64,000 bases of DNA from contig OZ224045.1 in the NCBI GenBank assembly GCA_963665325.3, positions 1,376,001-1,440,000 on the forward strand, in the 5' to 3' direction. A program made the translations under genes and the position numbers. This stretch comes from Alphaproteobacteria bacterium (GTDB taxonomy: Bacteria; Pseudomonadota; Alphaproteobacteria; Bin95). The notes under the pieces are model-generated. The model saw only the letters and a program-made list of their open reading frames with translations, had not been told where the DNA came from and made no database searches. This document shows, in pieces, positions 58,659 through 64,000 of the stretch. Every line of letters begins with the position of its first letter. Within the stretch, counting starts at the first letter, position 1.

Positions 58659-59368
58659 TGGCGTTTCTCGAAGTCCGGGGGCTGGAAGCCTACTACCGCC
58701 AGACCCAGGCGCTGTTCGGGGTCGATTTCGTGCTCGACGAAGGGTCGATCACGGCGGTCCTGGGCGCCAACGGCGCGGGCAAGACGACCACGCTCAGGGC
58801 AATCTGCCGCATGGTAAGGACAGAAGGCGAGGTCGTGTTCGACGGGCAGGACCTGTCCGGCCTCTCGACCGAGCGCGTCGTCGGGCTCGGCATCGCGCAT
58901 GTGCCGGAAGGGCGGGGCACCTTCGTGCGCCAGTCCGTCGAGGAAAACCTCCAGCTCGGCGCCTATACGCGCAAGAACAAGGCCGACATCGCCGCCGACA
59001 TGGAGAGCGTTTACGGCTATTTCCCGAGGCTCGGCGAACGCCGCCGCCAGCAGGCGGGCACGCTTTCCGGCGGCGAACAGCAGATGCTCGCCATCGGCCG
59101 CGCGCTGATGCTGCGCCCGAAGCTCATGCTGCTCGACGAGCCATCCTTCGGCCTCGCGCCGCTGATCGTGCAGGAGATTTACGAGATCATGGCGCGTATC
59201 CGCGAGCGGGAGGGCACCTCCATGCTGCTCGTGGAGCAGAATGCAAGCATCGCGCTCGAACTCGCCGACCACGCCTATCTGCTGGAAACGGGCAGGGTGG
59301 TGATGGGCGGCGAGTCCAGCCTGCTGCGCGACGACGAAGACATCCGCCGCAGCTATCTCGGCTACTGA
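58658..59368 (+). CDS. ABC ATPase (LivF-like)
   Basis: GANGAGKTT, LSGGEQQM, LVEQN. Confidence 0.9.
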   Translation: MAFLEVRGLEAYYRQTQALFGVDFVLDEGSITAVLGANGAGKTTTLRAICRMVRTEGEVVFDGQDLSGLSTERVVGLGIAHVPEGRGTFVRQSVEENLQLGAYTRKNKADIAADMESVYGYFPRLGERRRQQAGTLSGGEQQMLAIGRALMLRPKLMLLDEPSFGLAPLIVQEIYEIMARIREREGTSMLLVEQNASIALELADHAYLLETGRVVMGGESSLLRDDEDIRRSYLGY

Positions 59369-59384
59369 AAGCGCGCGCCCAACG

Positions 59385-60260
59385 ATGGACCTGTTTCTTC
59401 AACTGACGCTCGCCGGCCTCGCTATCGGGTCGATCTACTCCTGCGTCGCGCTGGCCGTGGTGATGATCTACCAGGCCACCGACCACTTCAACTTCGCCCA
59501 GGGCGAGATGGCGATGTTCTCGACCTATGTCGCCTGGACGCTGATTGGCCTTGGCGCGCCCGTCTGGCTGGCCTTCCTGCTCGCGGTCGGCATTTCCTTC
59601 CTGGCCGGTGTCATCATCGAGCGGGTGATCGTCAAACCGGTCGAGAACGCGCCGGTGCTCAACCAGATCATCGTGTTCATCGGCCTGCTGGTGATCTTCA
59701 ACGCGTTTGCCGGCTGGATCTGGGAGTTCACCATCAAGCCCTTCCCGAGCCTCTTCCCCGAGGACCTGGGCTTCAAATCGGAGCTGATCGGCCCGCACCA
59801 TATTGGCGTCATTGCGCTGACGCTCGGCGTGCTGGCGCTGGTCTTCGCCTTCTTCCGCTTTACGCGCGTGGGGCTCGCCATGCGCGCCGCCGCTGCCAAC
59901 CCGGACTCGGCCAGGCTGGTCGGCGTCTCGGTCGGCTGGATGCTGGCGCTCGGCTGGGGGCTGGCGGCATCCATCGGCGCCGTCGGCGGCATCCTGGTCG
60001 CGCCCATCGTGTTCCTGGAGCCGAACATGATGGCGGGCGTTCTGCTCTACGGCTTCGCCGGCGCGCTGCTGGGCGGCGTGTCCAGCCCCGGCGGCGCGGT
60101 GCTGGGCGGCCTCGTCGTCGGCGTGCTGGAAAACTGGGTCGGGCAATATGTGCCGGGCGGCTCCGAGCTGAAGCTCACCTTCGCCCTGATCCTGATCGTC
60201 GGCGTGCTCGTCTTCAAGCCGGCCGGCCTGTTCGGCCGCGTCGTGGTGCGGAGGGTCTGA
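59385..60260 (+). CDS. ABC permease (LivH-like)
   Basis: NFAQGE, GLAMRAAA, KPAGLFG. Confidence 0.9.
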   Translation: MDLFLQLTLAGLAIGSIYSCVALAVVMIYQATDHFNFAQGEMAMFSTYVAWTLIGLGAPVWLAFLLAVGISFLAGVIIERVIVKPVENAPVLNQIIVFIGLLVIFNAFAGWIWEFTIKPFPSLFPEDLGFKSELIGPHHIGVIALTLGVLALVFAFFRFTRVGLAMRAAAANPDSARLVGVSVGWMLALGWGLAASIGAVGGILVAPIVFLEPNMMAGVLLYGFAGALLGGVSSPGGAVLGGLVVGVLENWVGQYVPGGSELKLTFALILIVGVLVFKPAGLFGRVVVRRV

Positions 60261-60265
60261 CCGCC

Positions 60266-61258
60266 ATGATGCGCCCGAACCCCGTTACGCCCCGGCTGCT
60301 CATCGGCTTCGGCGCCGCCATCGTCTTCGCGGCGATCCTGCCGCATCTCGTCTCGGACTTCACCAGCTTCCAGTTCACCCTGGCTATATCCTATGGCATC
60401 GCGCTGCTCGGGCTGAACATCCTGACCGGCTATAATGGCCAGTTCTCGATCGGCCACAGCGCGTTCTACGCCGTGGGCGCCTATACCGCCGCGATCCTGC
60501 TCTACCATTTCGAGTGGAACCACTACGCCACCCTGCCGGTGGCGGCGCTGGTGGCGTTCGTCGTCGGCTTCCTGTTCGGCCTGCCGGCGCTCCGGCTGGA
60601 GGGGCTCTATCTCGCGCTCGCAACCTTCGCCTTCGCCGTGGCGACGCCGCAATTGCTCAAGTTCGATGCGTTCGAGCATTGGACGGGCGGCGTGCAGGGG
60701 CTGTTCGTGCCGAAGCCCGAGCCGCTGATCGGCGGGCTAAGCGCCGACCAGTCGCTCTATTATGTTGCGCTGGCCATAATGGTGCTGCTGATGGGCGTTG
60801 CCTGGTGCCTGCTGCACAGCCGGTCGGGCCGGGCGATCATGGCGATTCGCGACAACCCGATCGCGGCCAGCACGATGGGCATCAACACAGCGCTCTACAA
60901 GACGACGGTCTTCGGCATCAGCGCCATGTACACCGGCATTGCCGGCGCGCTCAGCGTCTTCGTTACCGAGTTCGTGGCGCCCGACGCCTTCAACTTCTTC
61001 CTCGCGGTCAATCTTCTGATCGGGTCCGTGGTGGGCGGCATCGTGTCGATTCCGGGCGTGATCTTCGGCGGCCTGTTCCTGGTCTTCGTGCCCAACTTCG
61101 CCCAGGACATCAGCCGCGCCTATCCGTTCGTGCCGCCGCCCTGGGCGATCTTCGGCATCTTGCTGATCCTTGCGATATACTTCGTGCCGTTCGGGGTCTG
61201 GGGCGCGGTGGAACGGGTGTTCGCCCGGTGGAAACGCAAATCGGCCGCCGGCCGGTAG
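60266..61258 (+). CDS. ABC permease (LivM-like)
   Basis: GLNILTGYNGQFSIGH, YLALAT, AIRDN. Confidence 0.9.
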   Translation: MMRPNPVTPRLLIGFGAAIVFAAILPHLVSDFTSFQFTLAISYGIALLGLNILTGYNGQFSIGHSAFYAVGAYTAAILLYHFEWNHYATLPVAALVAFVVGFLFGLPALRLEGLYLALATFAFAVATPQLLKFDAFEHWTGGVQGLFVPKPEPLIGGLSADQSLYYVALAIMVLLMGVAWCLLHSRSGRAIMAIRDNPIAASTMGINTALYKTTVFGISAMYTGIAGALSVFVTEFVAPDAFNFFLAVNLLIGSVVGGIVSIPGVIFGGLFLVFVPNFAQDISRAYPFVPPPWAIFGILLILAIYFVPFGVWGAVERVFARWKRKSAAGR

Positions 61259-61291
61259 AGCTAATTCTCAACGAAACGGAGGTTTAGACCC

Positions 61292-62491
61292 ATGCGCATC
61301 AAGAACCTGCTCGCTGCCGCTGCGGCAGCGGGGTTGCTCGCCGGGACGGCGCAAGCCGCCGACATGACGGGCATCACCGACACCACGATCAAGATCGGCA
61401 ACACCAACCCCTATTCGGGCCCGGCCTCGGTCTACAGCACCATCGGCAAGACCATCTCCGCCTATTTCACGATGGTGAACGAGATGGGCGGCATCCAGGG
61501 CCGCCAGATCGACTTCATCTCGCTGGATGACGGCTACAGCCCGCCGCGCACGGTCGAGCAGGTCCGCAAGCTCGTCGAGCAGGAGGAGGTGGCGCTTCTC
61601 TTCCAGACGCTCGGAACGCCGACCAACTCCGCCATCCACCGCTATGTGAACTCGAAGAAGGTGCCGCATCTGTTCGTCGCGACGGGCGCCAGTAAGTGGG
61701 GCCAGCCGGACAAGTATCCCTGGACCATGGGCTTCCAGCCGACCTATGACGTCGAGGGCGAGATCTACGCGAAATACGTGCTGGAGAATGTCGAGAACCC
61801 GAAGATCGCGATCCTGTTCCAGAACGACGACTACGGGAAGGACTATCGCGACGGCTTCCTGCGCGGGCTCGGCGACAAGGCGGACGACCTCGTCGTCTCC
61901 CAGTTGCCCTACGAGGTCACCGACCCGACGGTGGACAGCCAGATCGTGGCGATGAAGGACAGCGGCGCCAATGTGTTCTTCAACATTACGATCCCGAAAT
62001 TCGCCGCCCAGGCGATCCGCAAGTCCTGCGAGATCGGCTGGAAGCCCACGCATCTGCTGAACAATGTGTCGTCCTCGGTGGGCGCGACACTGACGCCGGC
62101 CGGCCTCGACTGCTCCAAGGGCCTGATTACGGCGATCTACCTGAAGGACCCGGTGGACCCTCAGTGGCAGGATGATGCGGGCTACAAGGAGTGGGTCGGC
62201 TTCATGGAGAAGCACATGCCGGGCGCCGACATGACGGACGTCAACTACGCTTACGGCTACAACGTCTCCAAGCTGATGCACATCACGCTCGACGGCTGCA
62301 AGGACCTGTCGCGCGAGGGCATCATGGCCTGTGCCGCCAACCTCAAGGACATCGAGTTGCCGATGGTCCTTCCGGGCATTCTGGTCAACACGGCTGCCGA
62401 CGACTTCTACCCAATCCAGGCTGAGCAGCTCTCGCAGTTCGACGGTGAGCGCTGGGTCGCCTTCGGCGGAATCATCGACGCCAGCAAGTAA
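61292..62491 (+). CDS. ABC substrate-binding protein (LivK/aromatic acid type)
   Basis: Signal peptide, PYSGPAS, DDGYSPPRT, QNDDYGKD. Confidence 0.9.
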   Translation: MRIKNLLAAAAAAGLLAGTAQAADMTGITDTTIKIGNTNPYSGPASVYSTIGKTISAYFTMVNEMGGIQGRQIDFISLDDGYSPPRTVEQVRKLVEQEEVALLFQTLGTPTNSAIHRYVNSKKVPHLFVATGASKWGQPDKYPWTMGFQPTYDVEGEIYAKYVLENVENPKIAILFQNDDYGKDYRDGFLRGLGDKADDLVVSQLPYEVTDPTVDSQIVAMKDSGANVFFNITIPKFAAQAIRKSCEIGWKPTHLLNNVSSSVGATLTPAGLDCSKGLITAIYLKDPVDPQWQDDAGYKEWVGFMEKHMPGADMTDVNYAYGYNVSKLMHITLDGCKDLSREGIMACAANLKDIELPMVLPGILVNTAADDFYPIQAEQLSQFDGERWVAFGGIIDASK

Positions 62492-62514
62492 CCGCGCCGG
62501 CATAGCGGAAACTG

Positions 62515-62546
62515 GCCGCTTCCCCCGTCGGGGAGGCGGCTTTTTT
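62515..62546 (+). terminator. Intrinsic terminator
   Basis: GCCGCTTCCCC-CGTC-GGGGAGGCGGC followed by TTTTTT. Confidence 0.8.
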
Positions 62547-62608
62547 CTGGCCCTGTTTCAGCGAAAGTCCCGAGGCCGCCACAGCCCGATATGGTCTATG
62601 GTTGCACG

Positions 62609-63250
62609 ATGGCTCGGCATAGCAGGAAACGGAGGGCAGCGATGGCCGGGTTGGCCCTCGCCGCTGCAGGCGCAGCAGCATTGCCCCTGCTGGTCCGTGC
62701 CCGCTCGACGCCGTTGGGCTATGCCTTTCCCGGCGCGGCAGCCGACCTCGGCCTCGGGCTGGCGCCGCCGCCCGCTTGCACGCCCGGCACCCGAGCGCAG
62801 ACCGAAGGGCCCTTCTACACACCCTCGACGCCCCACCGCGCCGATTTGCGCGAACCCGATGCGGACGGCGAGCCGCTCATCTTCCAGGGCCTGGTGCTGA
62901 CGCCGGACTGCCGGCCCGTGCCGGGCGCGGTCATCGACATCTGGCATAGCAACGAGCGCGGACGCTACGACAACCGGGGCTTCCGCTACCGGGGCCACCA
63001 GTTCACGGACGCGGCAGGCGCCTTCCGGTTCCTGACGATCAGGCCGGGTCGCTACACGGGCCGCACGCCGCATATCCATGTGAAGGTACAGGGCAGGACG
63101 ACGCGCCTGCTCACCACGCAGGTCTATTTCCCGGACCTCAGGGACGCCAACCTCCGCGACTCCATCTACCGGGACGAGTTGCTGCTGCGCCTCGACCGGG
63201 CCGACGGGCTATGGCGCGGACGGTTCGATTTCGTGGTTGCGCCGGCCTGA
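62609..63250 (+). CDS. Intradiol ring-cleavage dioxygenase-like protein (possible Tat export)
   Basis: TEGPFY, DIWH...GRYD, TIRPGRY.GRTPHIH. Confidence 0.82.
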   Translation: MARHSRKRRAAMAGLALAAAGAAALPLLVRARSTPLGYAFPGAAADLGLGLAPPPACTPGTRAQTEGPFYTPSTPHRADLREPDADGEPLIFQGLVLTPDCRPVPGAVIDIWHSNERGRYDNRGFRYRGHQFTDAAGAFRFLTIRPGRYTGRTPHIHVKVQGRTTRLLTTQVYFPDLRDANLRDSIYRDELLLRLDRADGLWRGRFDFVVAPA

Positions 63251-63304
63251 GATTCGCGGGCCGGCACGACAAACCTCCGCCGGCCCGCATCCCTCGTTAC
63301 GGAC

Positions 63305-64000
63305 TCAGTTCTGCGCTACCCAGCGGTTCCAGCGCTCGGTCAGCTCTTCCTGGTAGTCCACCCAGAAGTCGAGCGCTTCCTGGCTGCCGCCGAACAGGCC
63401 CGTCGCCAGATTGTCGCCCGCCGGCAGGCTCTTCGCCCGCTCCGGATCGACCATCGCAACGCCGTTCTTGTGCGTCGGCCCGTAGGCGTAGGCCTTCGTG
63501 AAGGCAGCCTGGCGTCCGGGATCGGTCGTGTATTTGATGAAGGCGTAGCCGGCGTCCTGGTTAGGAGCGCCCTCGACGATGGCCCAGGAATCGATGGCGA
63601 AAATCGTCCGGTCCCAGATCATCTGCAGGTTCTTGCCGTCCTTCTGCGCATTGGTGATCCGACCGTTATAGGCCACGCTCAGTTCGACATCGCCCGCGGC
63701 AAGCCATTCCGGCGCCTGCGCGCCGGCCTCCCACCACTGGACCAGCGGCTTGACCTCGTCGAGCTTGGCGAAGGCCCGATCCACGCCCTCCGGCGTGTTG
63801 AGCACCTTGTAAACGTCCGCCGGCTCGACGCCGTCGGCCATCAGCGCATATTCGAGGTTGAGTTTCGGCCCCTTGCGCATGCCGCGCTTGCCGGTCCAGG
63901 TCTTCGTGTCCCAGAAATCGGCGAGCGTGGCGGGCGCCTTGCCGACCGTGTCGGCGTTGTAGGCAATGACCACCGACCAGACCAGCATGCCGACGCCGCA
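63305..64000 (-). CDS. Polyamine-type ABC substrate-binding protein (partial, 5' end outside window)
   Basis: LEYALMADGV, GVDRAFAKLD, AYNGRI, ERWNRW. Confidence 0.85.
   Translation of the reverse strand, partial: CGVGMLVWSVVIAYNADTVGKAPATLADFWDTKTWTGKRGMRKGPKLNLEYALMADGVEPADVYKVLNTPEGVDRAFAKLDEVKPLVQWWEAGAQAPEWLAAGDVELSVAYNGRITNAQKDGKNLQMIWDRTIFAIDSWAIVEGAPNQDAGYAFIKYTTDPGRQAAFTKAYAYGPTHKNGVAMVDPERAKSLPAGDNLATGLFGGSQEALDFWVDYQEELTERWNRWVAQN

Overview
GC-rich, alphaproteobacterial-like chromosomal window. Most of it is catabolic and transport genes: a TonB receptor, a fused ABC exporter, an hmfABCD-like furoate cluster, an IorAB-like oxidoreductase, a Liv-type ABC transporter, lepA, tRNA-Asn and tRNA-Cys. 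Mobile DNA is abundant: IS3, two IS1634 copies, IS1182, an IS1595 with a passenger gene, and two copies of a TA-flanked MITE. Several low-GC islets carry candidate defence genes (HNH nuclease, DUF4145/HEPN-like protein at tRNA-Asn, PARIS-like AAA+TOPRIM fusion). The most striking feature is a compact minus-strand unit at about 48.7-49.9 kb: a sigma70-like promoter, a winged-helix ORF, then an 88-nt type II tRNA with a tRNA-Leu body but a UGG (Pro) anticodon, flanked by hairpins. It is a candidate Pro-to-Leu mistranslating tRNA module. A second unexplained feature is a dispersed ~450-bp promoter-bearing structured non-coding element (3125-3547 and 23095-23560) ending in three CATGAC repeats. 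All family assignments come from motif recognition by eye; no database searches were run.
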